64,000 nt of DNA, from positions 54,870,001 to 54,934,000 of the forward strand of contig CM069140.1 of the NCBI GenBank assembly GCA_035221665.1. Direction: 5' to 3'. Each line of letters begins with the position of its first letter. Position 1 is the first letter of the stretch. The notes under the pieces were generated by a model that did no database searches, was not told the origin of the DNA, and saw only the letters and a program-made list of their open reading frames with translations. Below are positions 36,380 through 50,100 of this stretch, one piece after another. The position numbers were made by a program, and so were the translations under genes. The stretch comes from Okamejei kenojei (lineage: Eukaryota).

Positions 36380-37197
36380 GTTTTATTTTTTATTTTTTAT
36401 TATTTTTATTAGAAGCAATTGTACAAGAATAAAACGTTCTGCATGTAAAATTATACAATTATTGTAGAGCTTCAATTTTGACCTTTTAACCTGAAAATGA
36501 GGGAAAAGAAGAGGGAAAAAGTGAAAAGTGAAAAAATAGACCCCCTAGACTACCAAAGTAGTGTGGCCAAAGAGTGAATAAAGATATAAGAGAGGAAAAG
36601 AAAAAGAGAGAAAATAAATAAAGAAATAAACAAACAAATAAATAAAGTGGAGATATACCTGCCCCTCACCCCCCTCACCCAACCCATAATTGGATTAAAT
36701 CCAAATTTGTGTTGCGCCGTACTGTCCTTATAAGAATTCAGTAAAGGGTGTCCATGTCCTGAAAAATTGATCTGGTTTTCTGCCAAGACAAGCCTAATAT
36801 TTTCCAGATGTAGTTTCTCGGACATGTTTGTAATCCACATCTTTACAGTAGGGACTAATGTATGTTTCCAAAATTTAAGTATTAGTTTTTTTGCCGTTAT
36901 CAGGCCACAGTTAAGGAAACATCTTTGAAATAATGTTAGCTCAGAACAGGCTTCTGATGTACCTAGAGTAATCAATTCTGTGTCAGGGTCAAATTTTATT
37001 TTAAGTATTTTAGAAAAAATTTCAAAAATTCCCCTCCAGAAATTATGTAACTTTATACAGGAGGCAAAAGAATGAGTTATGGTTGCTTCCTCAAGGAGAC
37101 CTTTATCACAAATAGGTGAAACATTTGCAAAGATCTTATTCAGTTTAGACTTTGAATAATAAAGTCTATGCAGTATTTTAAATTATATTAACGAATG
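36380..37197 (-). mobile_element. L1-clade LINE 3' end
   Basis: SPICDK...ITHSFASC zinc-knuckle remnant, then GLITAKKLILKFWK...WITNMSEKLHLE, and an A-rich tail (T-rich on + at 36380-36410). Confidence 0.75.
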
Positions 37198-37199
37198 CC

Positions 37200-37640
37200 T
37201 AACATAGAAACAAAGAAAATATGTGCAGGAGTAGGCCATTCGGCCCTTCAAGCCTGCACCACCATTCAATATGATCATGGCTAAACTCAGTATCCCGTAC
37301 CTGCCTCTCTCCATACCCCCTGATCCCCTTAGCCACAAGGGCCATATCTAACTCCCTCTTAAATATAGCCAATGAACTGGCCTCAACTACCGACTGTGGC
37401 AGAAAATTCCAGAGTTTCACCACTCTCTGTGTGAAAAATGTTTTTCTCATCTCGGTCCTAAAAGACTTCCTCCTTATCCTTAAACTGTGACCCCTTGTTC
37501 TGGACTTCCCCAACATCGGGAACAATCTTCCTGCATCTATTCCTGTCCAACCCCTTAAGAATTTTGTAAGTTTCTACAAGATCCCCCCTCAATCTTCTAA
37601 ATTCTAGCGAGTACAAGCCGAGTCTATCCAGTCTTTCATT
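37200..37640 (-). mobile_element. CR1 3' fragment (copy B subfamily)
   Basis: ERLDRLGLYSLEFRRLRGDL...FTQRVVKLWN. Confidence 0.9.
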
Positions 37641-37889
37641 AATGCCATCATTCCACCCACTCACCTATCATAGAGTAGAAGAGACATACTGCGTGGAAAC
37701 AGGCCCTTCTGCCCAACTTGCCCATGCCGACCAACATGCGCCATCTACAATGGTCCCACCTGCCTGCTTTTGGCCCACATCCCTCTAAACCTATCCATTT
37801 ACCCGTCTAAACATTTCTTAAACATTGCGATTGTACCTGCCATCCGTTTGTCTCACTTTGTTGCTACCAAACAAACCACCACAGCTTGT

Positions 37890-38080
37890 GCGGAGGCATT
37901 GTGACTCAGCGGTAGAGTTGCTGCCTTACAGCGCCAGAGGACCGGGTTCGATCCCGACTACGGGTGCTGTCTGTATGGAGTTTGTACATTCTCCCTGCGA
38001 CGGCGTGGGTTTTCTCTTGGTTCTCCGGTTTCCTCACACATCCAAAGATGTACAGGTTTGTAGGTTAATTGGCTTCTGTA
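37890..38080 (+). mobile_element. V-type SINE, 3'-truncated
   Basis: TGACTCAGCGGTAGAG A box, GGTTCGATCCC B box and V core. Confidence 0.85.
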
Positions 38081-38339
38081 TAAAGCTTGATCAAACACAA
38101 TGGATTGAAATAAATATATATTGAGTATATAGGTTCAGTGTATATTATGCTCTTCTAGCTCAAAAAAAGGGAATGTTTATGAGACTCAACTTTCAGGCAT
38201 TCCCAATTCAAGCAATGTTAAAGAATTGAACTGACTTTGCATTACAGTTCAATGTAAGGTCTTATCAGTTGAGTGCAGACACACATCGCCTGCTTGACAT
38301 GGACTCAGAGAAATGTGTTGCAGAGAAACAGGCACCTTT

Positions 38340-39790
38340 GGCACCATGTCAATGTCTACTTTTTTAGCTCATTCACAGTAATCCCATTTGATCGCACTAG
38401 GTTGGTATTCTTCTGTGCTTCAAAATGTATTTTAAATGCATTGATTATATCCAAGTTTATCACTTCCTCTGGCAGCGAGTTCCAGATATCACACACTCTC
38501 TCAGCTTAAATTACCTACCCCTCAAATCCCCATTGAAAAATTATTTATCTTACCTTAAACCTATGTCTTCTTGTTTTTGATACCCCAATTAGGGGGAAAT
38601 GATTCTGACTATCTATCCTGTCAATGCATCTTATAATTTTACATACCTCTTACAGGTCACCTTTTCTCCAGGTTAAACAAATGTAGTTTATCCAAACTCT
38701 CCCCATAAGTAAAGTTCTCTGATCCAGGCAACGTCCTGGCTAATCTCCTCCCCACTTCTTCCAGTTCCATCACGTCATTCTTATCATGGAAGAGCCAGAA
38801 CTGCAAACAATTCCTTCAGTGCAGTCTAACCAGTGTTTTGTAAAGTTGCAACTTAAGTCCCCACTTGATATTATATGCCCTGACCTATGAAGGCCTGATC
38901 TATGCAATATGCCTACTTTATCACCCCATAAGTGTTGCCAGATTGAGGAAACTATGATCTTGAACCCCAAGGCCATTCTGTTCATTAATATGCCATACCC
39001 TAGCATGTCTTAAAATTCTTCAGGGGTTGGACAGGCTAGATGCAGGAAGATTGTTCCCGATGTTGGGGAAGTCCAGGACAAGGGGTCACAGTTAAAGGAT
39101 AAGGGGGAAGTCTTTTAGGACCGAGATGAGAAAATCGTTTTTCACACAGAGAGTGGTGAATCTGTGGAATTCTCTGCCAGAGAAGGTAGTTGAGGCCAGT
39201 TCGTTGGCCATATTTAAGAGGGAGTTGGATGTGGTCCTTGTGGCTGAAGGGATCAGGGGGCATGGAGAGAAGGCAGGTACAGGATATTGAGTTGGATGAT
39301 CAGCCATAATCATATTGAATGGCGGTGCAGGCTCGAAGGGCCGAATGGCCTGCTCCTGCACCTAATTTCTATGTTTCTATGTTTCTATGTCTCTCCTACC
39401 CATTCTACAGTATATTCCTCATGAGAGTTACTTGATTTTATTTGCCAATGTCTCTTTTTCTTTTATGGCCAATATTCTTCGTCAATCAAGGTTGCCTAAT
39501 CTTGGCATCTTTGCCTTTCACCCTCACCAGAACATCCTGGTCTAGAACTCTTACTAACCCTTTTATAAAATACTCCAACTTGTCAGCTGTTCTTTTGCTC
39601 ACAACCGTTAGCTCCCAATCTACTTTCACCAGGTCCTCTCTTAAGTGATTAAAATCAGCTTTTCCCCCAATTCAAGATTGTAACTTGAGGATCAATCTTA
39701 TCCTTTCCAAAAGGACCTTGAAACTTACATAATTATGGGCACTGTTCCCAAAGAGTTCTACCTCCCACTACCTACTTAGTTTCATTTTCT
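38340..39790 (-). mobile_element. Old CR1 remnant interrupted by a younger plus-strand CR1 3' piece (39005-39390)
   Basis: Degraded minus-strand RT end. The insert has FTQRVVNLWNSL and a (TTTCTATG)n tail. Confidence 0.7.
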
Positions 39791-40233
39791 TAGATAAGGT
39801 TGATTACTTCTTGTCTCTAATAGGACTCTCTACATATGTATCACGTTAGTATTCACTTTATTTTCTTACCTTAGTCTGCAAATATGCACACAGTCATATT
39901 GAAAATATTAGGTTATTTCCAATGAAATTACCCAACAAATACAGCCAACATGTCACTCCCAGAATCTGGTTAGGTTAGGATCCACCCCGAAAATACGCAT
40001 TCAGTGCTCAATAATTTCAAGTATTGTTCTACTTCCCAAATAACAATACAAAAAAATATCAATTGACCTTTGATGCAGAATCAAAATACTACAGATGCTG
40101 AAAACTGAATATGGTGAAATAGTCAACTGCCTAGGTAGCAGCTGTTGAGAAAGAAACAATTGTGTCCTTTGATGTTATGTATCAGCTGCTCTCATCCACA
40201 TTTGTGAATCTAAAATCCAACCACAACAATATA

Positions 40234-41765
40234 CAGTGCATTTAGAAAGTATTCGGCCCCTTTCACTTTTTCCACATTTTGTTACATTACAGCCTAATTT
40301 TAAAATTAATTAAATTCATTTTTTAAATCATCAATCTACACACCACACCCCATAATAAAAAAACGGAAATATCACGTTTACATAAGTATTCAGAACTTTT
40401 ACTCAGTATTTTGTTGAGGCACTTTTGGCAGCGATTACAGCCTCAAGTCTTCTCGGGTATGATGCTATAAGCTTGGCACACCTGCATTTGGGTAACTTCT
40501 CCCATTCTTCTCTGCAGATCCTCTCAAGCTCTGACAGGTTGGATGGGGAGCGTCGATGCACAGCTATTTTCAGGTCCCTCCAGAGATGTTCGATCAGGTT
40601 CAAGTCTGGGCTCTGGCTGGACCACTCAAGGACATTCACAAACTCATCACGAAACTACTCCTGTGTTGTCTTGGCTGTGTGCTTAGGGTCATTGTCCTGT
40701 TGGAAGGTGAACCTCCGCCCTAGTCTGAGGTCCAGAATGCTCTGGAGCAGATTTTCATCAAGGATCTCTTTGTACTTTGCTCCATTCATCTTTCCCTCAA
40801 TCCTGACTAGTTTCCCAGTTCCTGCTGCTGAAAAACATCCCCACAGCTTTATGTTGCCACCACCATTTTTCACCATAGGTATGGTATTATTCAGGTGATA
40901 AGCAGTGCCTGGTTTCCTCCAGATATAATGCTTGGCATTCAGCCAAAGAGTTCAATCTTGCTTTCATTAGACCAGAGAATCTTGTTTCCCAGGCCTTTTG
41001 GCAAACTCCAAGCGAGTTGTCACTTGCCTTTTACTGAGGAGTGGCTTCCGTCTGGCCACTCTACCATAAAGGCCTGATTGGTGAAGTGTGGCACATATAG
41101 TTGTCCTTCTGGAAGGTTCTCCAATCTCCAAGGAGGAACTCTGGAGCACTGTCAGAGTGACCATGAGGTTCTGGGTCACCTCTCCCTTGATTGCTCAGTT
41201 TGGCCGGGCACCCAGCTCTATGAAAGGTCCTGGCATTTCCAAAGTTCTTCCATTTAAGAATGACGGAGGCCACTGTGCTTTGGGACCTGCACTGCTGCAA
41301 ACATTGTTTTATACCCTGTGTCTCAACACAGTCCTGTCTCGGAGGTCCACAGCCAATTCCTTCATCTTCATGGTTTGTTTTTTGCTCTGAGATGCACTGT
41401 CAACTGTGGGACCTTATATAGACAGGTGTGTGCCTTTCCAAATCATGTCCAATCAATTTAATTTACCACTGGTGGACTCCAATCAAGTTGTAGAAACATC
41501 TCAAGGATAATCAATGGAAACAGGATCAACGTAAGCTCAATATTGAGTGTCATAGCAAAGGGTCTGAATACTTATGTAAATGCGATATTTCAGTTATTTA
41601 TTTTTAATTACTTTGCAAAAATTTCTAATTACCTGTTTTCGCTTCTTCATTCTGGGGTATTGTGTGTAGATTCATGATTTAAAAAATGAATTAAATCCAT
41701 TTTAAATAAGGCTGTAACGTAACAAAATATGGAAAAAGGGGTCTGAATACTTTCTGAATGCACTG
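40234..41765 (-). mobile_element. Full-length Tc1-family DNA transposon, inactivated
   Basis: TA|CAGTGCATTTAGAAAGTATTC ... GAATACTTTCTGAATGCACTG|TA. Long TIRs with internal direct repeats (40378-40396 and 41562-41580). Confidence 0.95.
40403..41372 (-). pseudogene. Tc1 DD34E transposase with stops and frameshifts
   Basis: [28 protein letters not shown] and QQDNDPKH...SPDLNLIEHLW, with 34 residues between the second D and E (one in-frame stop). Confidence 0.9.
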
Positions 41766-41973
41766 TAAGGTCTTAAAGTCATAAGGTCATAAGGAATAGG
41801 AGTAGAATTAGGCCATTTGGCCCATCAAGTTTACACCGCCATTCAATCATGGCTGATCTATCTCTCCCTCCTAACCCCATTCTCCTGCCTTCTCCCCATA
41901 ATCTCTGACACCTGCACATAACCTGCACCAGGCTTTTACACCTGTATACCAATTGTACAATAGGTAAATTATG

Positions 41974-42131
41974 ACAGAAATAAAGGGCTGCAGATGCTGG
42001 TTTACAATCGAAGACTCAAAGTACTGGAGTAACTCAATGGGTCAGGCAGCATCTCTGGAGACCACAGATAGTTGACATTAGTTCAGGTTGGGACTCTAAA
42101 GAGGGATCTTGACCTCAAACATGACCTATGC
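41974..42131 (-). mobile_element. Degraded Penelope-derived mini-element with a short inverted arm
   Basis: CTGCAGATGCTGG...GGAGTAACTCA...GGCAGCATCTCTGGAG; flanking duplication AGGTAAATTATG (41962-41973) and AGGTAATTATG (42132-42142). Confidence 0.65.
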
Positions 42132-44402
42132 AGGTAATTATGGCCACAGGTTTGATACAAATTTGCAAGATGGAGCATGTATTGTCTTTCTGCTGACTGT
42201 ATAGTAGGCAACAAAAGTTTTTCACTATACCGCGGTACACATGGCAATAAACTAAACTGTAGCTGTATCTGGATCAATGGCTATTTAAAACAACCACTCT
42301 TTTCTCTTTAATTGGATTACTGCTTTAGAAAGCAATTTTGTTGCTTTTAGTCCCAATCACCGTTCCTTTTGTGCATTAAGCCTTCAGACAAAAAAAAAAT
42401 GATAGAAATATCTTGGGAACTTTCTTTCAATTTCTTAAACTGTATTGTTTAGGTTATTTGTGCCTGCTTCCCCAGCAAATTATTTTATTTCATTTAATCT
42501 TCAGGTATAACTTCTTCAGGTGTGAGTCAAGTTCCTGTTCAAAAATCTTCCTTGTAATAATGCAAGCAGGCATTATTGCAATAATCATATTTTTGTTGTA
42601 TTTAAAGAGTGATAACCTTGCCACTTCCTAATGAGTGACCTACACTTCTCATATACATTTATCATTTTCTTGTTCTCTCTCCAATAGAGCTGGTTCCAAT
42701 AAAGAGTCTTCATTTAAAACATTTGCTATCTTCCTTCAGATGCTGCCTGACCAGCTGTGTGTTTCCAGCTTTTTAAAGTTTCATTTTTCAGCATCTGCAG
42801 TTTTTTCTTCCTGCTTTTTATTTACTGAGTGAAAGATTTTGTCAGATGTGCTGAAAAATTAGTAACTGGTGACTAATATTGCACATGTCCACGTGTACTC
42901 TTTGCTAACATGCCATTAATATGTCTTAACATGTTGAGTGAATCAGCAAACACAACATCAAATGAGACTGGCGGGATCCTGAAGGAATGGCAGAAATTGT
43001 AATTACAAACTTTTTCGGCAATACCTTGGAAGCAGCACAAAGCTCATAAACGATACTGCAGCAAATCTGGAGAATCCCTGTTTAAATTTCAGTGCATTGC
43101 ATTTTGTGCATTTCATACTGCGCTGCATGTCTTTTGAGCCAGAACTTTTTTTGGATGCCACGGGGTTTAGTGTGAGGGCAGAAATATCATCGAAGCAGAT
43201 ATTTTACTTAATGTACAGTGCTCTGCTGGGACCTGGGCAGCTTAATTTCTGTTTGAACATGAAAGATAAACTCTTCTAAGCAAAGTAACACCAATTCTCA
43301 TACAAAAAATAATCAGTTAGAGCATGCTAGACATGAAGAAGCAGAAGTGAACCTTAAAATAATATTGCATTTTTCGTTACTCACCAAACACTTTAAAAAT
43401 CAGAGGAAACCACAACAAACAATAATAACTCTGTTTCCAATGTTATAAATATAAGCATCCTCTCCGGTTTATGCCCAACCTTCTTTCTATTAGTTTACAC
43501 GAATAGAAAGGAAATATCAATTTGTAATGAAACAGCATTTTTAACTTAGGGAAATGTCTGATGCATTTCACAAAAAATTAATTCGAGAATGGACTGCAGC
43601 TGAGCCAAACCTTGGTCAAATAGAAGGACTTAAATGGACTTAAGGCAGGCTCTTAAAAGGAGGAGGAAATGGAGAGGTAAACAGATTGAGGCAAGGCTTT
43701 GGTGTGTGCAGAAGAGAAGTATGAAGGAAAGGTCAGCAAAAGTAGATCAAAACAAGGAGTTGTGTAAGAGAAGGCAGAACAAGAGGAGGATTTAGTAAGG
43801 CTGCAATAAGAAATCTGAAATATCATGGAGGAATTGTCCCAAAGAGGAACTGAAAATATGGCACAGTAATCAATGGGAATGACATCTTGTAGGTTGGTTA
43901 TGAGTTGTAGAGTTTTATATGACTTCATATTTACAGAAGATTTGACCTGATGTAACTCTTTTTTGACATTTTTTAGGCTTTGCTGTATCTAGTAAGTGTA
44001 CAGGAGAAGCTGTCATATCATGAAGCTGCTAGTTATCTGGATTTTTACACCAAATTATAGAGTGTTTGGAGAAGTCATTTGGATTGTTGAATGTGACACA
44101 TTTTCAAGTGGTGATAAACCACTGATTGTATGCATGTAGCTAACAATACTGGATGACGATTTAGCAGCCATAAGAGTCATTATCTATAAAATAATCTAAC
44201 GCAATCCCACTCTAGTTTATTGTAATATTACAAGCCATGCACTACAGGAAACACAGCCCTCAGAGAGTGCATCTCTGTGCCTGGTGACGTTTCTAGGTGT
44301 GTGGGGGGGGGGGGGGGGGGGATACAAGGATATTGAGAATTCTGTGCTATAATTGAGTCTAATGGACTAGACATGGTTGATTTCACTGACAACTGCAGGT
44401 GC

Positions 44403-44787
44403 AGGGGACCTCATTGAAACTTACAGAATAATGAAAGGCATAGATAGAGTGGATGTGGAGAGGATGTTTCCACTGGTGGGAGAGTCTAGGACTAGAGGTC
44501 ATAGCCTCAGAATTAAAGGGCCCTCTTTTAGAAAGGAGGTGAGGAGGAATTTTTTTTAGTCAGAGGGTAGTTAATCTGTGAAACTCATTGCCACACAAAG
44601 CTGTGGATGTCGTCAGTGGATTTTCTTAAGGCAGAGATAGATAAATTCTTCATTAGAACGAGTGTCAACGGTTATTGGGAGAATGCAGGAAAATGGGATT
44701 TGGAGGCAGAGAGCATCCATGTTTGAATGGCGGAGTGGATTCGATGGGCTGAATGGTCTAATTATATTCCTATAACTTGTGAACTTA
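44403..44787 (+). mobile_element. CR1 3' fragment
   Basis: GDLIETYRIMKGIDRVDVERMFPLVGESRTRGHSLRIKG. Confidence 0.85.
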
Positions 44788-45419
44788 TTGTGTCTTCAAA
44801 ATAAATGACAGGGCAGCCTCTTTATGCCACTGTTACCTGGGAACCTGACCCATGGACTCAATAATCCCAGAATCCTGAGAGAATATTCATTATCTGCAGA
44901 CGTGCCAAAGACAACACGCCCCACTCATCTGTGTATTCATCTAAAGGAGCTGTGGATCTCATTTGATGGACAGGCATAACAACTTCGATTTGTGTGACCA
45001 GGAAGAACATCTTAAACAGCATGACAGTAAAAATAGGAATGCAAGCCAAGGAAGAGGACATTGGCAGATAACAAAATGCTTTTAATTAAAGAATGGATTT
45101 AAAGAGGGATCAAGAAGAAACAAAGGGAGGTGGAAATGCAAACTGGTGAGAAAGAAAACCCAGAGCCTATGTAGTTAAAAATAGGGTAAATGCATTGTTG
45201 CTATTTTATTACATTATTTAACATTTCTGTGAGATTCCTCAAAGCCTCAGTTTTTATCTAAATCACAAACTGGTTTGAAACAAATGGATCAATATTTTTC
45301 TCAAGAGCCCAACCAGTGTACTAGAAGTAATACCAGAGAATTTCAAATCACACCATGGCACACATTTGGTAACAGTGGGATGTTTCCTGAACTAAAAGCG
45401 AATGCTCTATTAATTTTTT

Positions 45420-45707
45420 GTTTTAAAGATATTGGGCGGAAGCAGGCCCTTCGGCCCACCGAGTCCGCACTGACCAGCAGTCCCCGCATATTAACACTAT
45501 CCTACACACACTAGGGACAATTTACATTCATGCCAAACTAATTATCCTACAAACCTGTATATCTTTGGAGTGTGGGAGGAAACCCACGCGGTCACAGGGA
45601 GAACGTACAAACTCCGTACAGACAGCACCATAGTTGGGATCGAACCTCGGTCTCTGGTGTTCTAAACACTGTAAGGCAGCAACTCTACCTCTGCGATACC
45701 GTCGCGC
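45420..45707 (-). mobile_element. V-type SINE
   Basis: B box GGTTCGATCCC and V core on the minus strand. Confidence 0.85.
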
Positions 45708-46859
45708 CATCATAATTGTCATAAGATAATAAAAATCCTGGATATTTTTTTATCTATGCACGGTGTGATGTATGATTTTGCTGTTTAACAAACTCCTTGG
45801 ATCAAGTTTCATTCAACTATGAGATTTAGAACAACTCGCACAAAATTTTATCTAGCTACAAAAACTCTGAAATAAATAAGCACTGCAATCTTGTGCCTAA
45901 TGTTGCAGTTGCAGGACCCCGAGTCTTACATTAAAAAAAGATCTATTATTATGGAAACTGTGTTTCTGATGCAATGAAGCAAGAAATCTAGCACGTACTA
46001 TGTATAGTAACAAACAGCTTTGAAATGCCAGATTTACTGGTAATGGATTGTTTCAGTGGAAACATTTTTAGTTCTTTTCCATATAATAACTCATTTGTGG
46101 ATCAGGATCTCGAGATAATCATAATAATGACTTCCTGTTTGAGTTGATGTTGATGTCCTGCTATAGGTGGTTTATTCTGTCCCAGAGCTAATTTTCCGAT
46201 GCACGACGCTGCTACGATTTATGGGTTTCATCACCAAAGTACAAACTAGGTTATCAGTTTGCTTTTTAACGTATGCCTGCAATTTATCTTTGAACCAGTA
46301 TATTTATTTTCAATTTGCAGCTACTATGTGAGAATCAATGCCACACAATATTGTTTAGGCATCTCTTCCATAATTGAGATAGTAGTCAGATAGTTATAAC
46401 CATCCCATAACTCATCTAGTGCTGTCCAAATGAAAAATACGAACTGGATGAGGGATAGTTTTTCAGAGCTAGTTTTTCACCCCACTTCATATTTGAGTCA
46501 CTGAAATAAATTGACTCTTTGATTAATGTTGCTGATTGCCTCTGAACCAGAGGCCATTTTTAGGCTTCCTGTAAAGGCATCCAAATAACTCAGGCAGTTC
46601 TGCCAGTCCAAATTGACAAACATCCTGCAATGTATCCAGACATTTGCTGTTAGAAAGGTCTTATTAGGCTGCAGCCTGCTCTGAATATTCTTCCCCTGGC
46701 CACCGCTCCTCTAAATATTGTTGTATTGCAGATCAAAACATTATTGAATATACAATCAGATATTGGTTGATAGATTTAAAAAAATTACAGATATCAAAGA
46801 TTAGGGGTTAGCGCTGGGAAGTAGGATAGATGTGAAAGGTCAACCATGATTTTAATGAA

Positions 46860-47055
46860 GATAGGCACAAAGTGCTGGAGTAAATCAGCAGCGCCAACAA
46901 CAACCCTGAATGGTTGATGTTTTGGGTCGAGAATAAGGCTCTCAACCCAATACATCACCAATGCCTTCTCTCCAGAGATGCCCTGTCCCGCTGAGTTACT
47001 CCAGCACTTTGTGTCTATCTTCAGTTTAACCCAGCATCTGCTGTTCCTTCCTACA
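46860..47055 (+). mobile_element. Palindromic Penelope-derived mini-element in a CR1 3'UTR
   Basis: Inverted arms; TSD CATGATTTTAATGAA just before the element and CATGATCTTAATGAA at 47056-47070. Confidence 0.8.
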
Positions 47056-47102
47056 CATGATCTTAATGAATGTTGGAGCTGGCATAAGTGGCTGAATTGT
47101 CC

Positions 47103-50100
47103 ATTTTACTTCAGAGTCACGTGAGTGACTACGTGAAGAAGCCCCGCCTGGCGCTGGAACGGCATTACGTCGACGCTGACGGCAGAGCAAGAGCTGCAGA
47201 GGCAGCTCCTCGACAGCGGTAGGTACGGGCCCGCAGGTAAGTGCAGGGGAAAAACACTTTCAGGGTCTAAAAAACTCCATGGCTGGTATTGAATACCAGA
47301 ATTTAAAACTAATTTAAAAGTAAAAAATAAGTTGAAAAACAACGGAGTTTTAAAAAGAACGTCCTACGGGGGGAGCAATCGGAACGGGAGATTATGGAGC
47401 CGAGTTCCGATTACCGGTGGCCGTCAAAATTTACGTTAGAAAGATTTTTAGTTGCTCCACAAACTTTTGGCACGGGGGGGGGGGGGATCATTTTTATAAA
47501 GTCAGAAAGAGCCATAATTTAAAAAATTCAATAAAAGGCCTTCAGATACTAAACAAGCTTTATGGCTTGAAAAAAAATAAAAAAAAATTCCAAAAAATAA
47601 AAATAAAGTAAATAAAGAATTCAAGCCAAAAAGGGTTAAAAAGGCCCAAAAAAAACATTCCCTTAACCTACCCTAAAGGGATTTCATTATATTAATATAT
47701 ATTGATGAAATATGGTGGGAATATCTACCTCAGATATATTTGAAGGTAGTCTCCTTGAGGAAAAACTCAGGAGTAACAAGGGCAGTAAAATAAAATGGAA
47801 AACTGACACCATACAAACCATCATTTTATATTTACACTTTCACAGTGTAAGAACATTTTATTAAAATGGAACATCTTCAACATTGAAATATAGTTGTTAT
47901 TAACAAAGTGTTAATCAAATATTACAGGTGTTTGAAATTAATTAAAATGGGTCAAGCGGTGCAAGTTAAATCATTGTCTAAAGGATTAAGCCCAGTTTAA
48001 GGCTGTTAAACAGAATACTGGAAGAACAATTGCACTGAGAAAAGATCAGCACTTGCACTAATGAGGACATGGTCATGGTTTATCTTGATCACATTTAAAT
48101 TAGAGTCAGCTGCAAATTAGTGCTGCAATTACAAGCCTGTTGAAAGGCAAGGACCTGACCCATCACATAAAGCTTAGGCATTCATAAAATATTCATAAAT
48201 TACTATTCTGGATTTAGGAGTAATTCAGCACCATAAGAGGGGGAAAATTGTTCCATGATACAAATATGTCTCATTGCTTTGTTGACATACTTTGTCCCTC
48301 CATTAGAAAAGGAGCCTAGGTAAAGAGTAAATAAAGCTCCAAAAGAAGGAATACAGAAGCTTATAAGAAAATGTATGCCTTTGTGAGAGGCTTATGCAAA
48401 TACCAAATGATACATTATCATTATTAAAGTAATGGATTAAAAAAAAAAATTCACAAGCTGCTTCAGCTATAAGCTTAGCAGCTGTTGCAAGCTGAAGCAA
48501 GTATTAACAGATGATGGACAGCGTCTGTGAATATTTGGGTAAGATAATATTATCTATTCTTATAAAAATAATTGATACGTCTCTTGTTGGGACTACGGAC
48601 AATAATACCAGGTAATTGCAAATGGATTGTCCTAAGAAATTTCTCCAAACATTTGTATTAATTATTGAAGTATAAGGAGTTATGGATTAAATATTGATTG
48701 TTCTATTATGGAAGTGTACATGTCATATCAAGGTGAACAATACCACGGCTGTGGCATATATTAAATCACACAAGATAAGTAAAATAATAATCATGGGATT
48801 ATCTGAGTAAACAGATGTGGCATATTCTAAAATGTTTTAGTCCAGCTGTTTAACTCTAAGAAAGAGACAATGTTATCGGAGAGAACAAATAAGGGGGGGA
48901 AATACATTTGTCATTAATATGGATTACTTACGATTAATCTGGTTGTATACAGATTAAATCACCGATCTTTCAAATGTTCTCGTGGGTAAACCAAGAACAG
49001 GAAAGGTGGATGCTTTTCTCTCAATTACATGAGGAAAGATGTTCTTTTATGTTCCTCATTTTTGTCTGATAGGGCAGTGTCTGTTGAAAATGTAGCAGGA
49101 CACTGCCAGAGGCATTTTGGTGGCCCAAAACGGATCCTTCATGGTTTCATAAATATTGAGTGATGTTGAACCACTTGTGATGATTCATAGTTGCAGTAAT
49201 TTATTGGTGTACAAAGGCATCCATGATATGAAAATATGAATTTGACTACCTGCAGGTTGACCAGACCATTACAACAGTTTGATGGTCAAAGAAGTCTATG
49301 AATGTTTAACTAATATAACAACATAAATATAAAATAATTATGTATAAAGAAGTGTTATACCTGTAATTTGCAGAAAAAAACAAAAACAATATTTTATAAT
49401 AAATTGGAAGTCTGTGTATACAGTAAAGTTATTTGTCATATTAGATATATGTGAGTTCCTTGTGGATTGCATTTTTTCTGAGTATCTAATTGATAGAGCC
49501 AATGATAGGGCTCAGAGTGTTTATCGTCCTATTTACGGACAATATACTAACCAAGAAGTTATTGGGTTCATTCGTAATATCCCGATATGAAAAGGGATNN
49601 NNNNNNNNNNNNNNNNNNNNNNNNNNNNNNNNNNNNNNNNNNNNNNNNNNNNNNNNNNNNNNNNNNNNNNNNNNNNNNNNNNNNNNNNNNNNNNNNNNNN
49701 NNNNNNNNNNNNNNNNNNNNNNNNNNNNNNNNNNNNNNNNNNNNNNNNNNNNNNNNNNNNNNNNNNNNNNNNNNNNNNNNNNNNNNATAAGTCTGGAGAT
49801 CAATATAGTCCCGAATTGCCTTAGGCAATGGACTCCAATTCTATTAATGATTCAAAAAAGTTAACATTGAAAGTAATAATGCTGATGATTTTAGTATCAA
49901 GATAAGAGTGCAAACATTGCAAATATTACATTATAATTGTATGTGGATACAGATTACATTATCATATATGTTTATGAATTTACCAAACAAAGCAGACCAA
50001 GAAGAGTTGAAACCAAGGTAAACCTATAAGCATATCGTGTCGGCCTTAAATTGTGTGTGTGTGTGTGAACATTGATGAAATATGTTGAAGTAAGTAAGAG

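Noticed and set aside
49486-49864. Long ORFs spanning X residues
   Set aside because: Artefacts of the 188-N gap.
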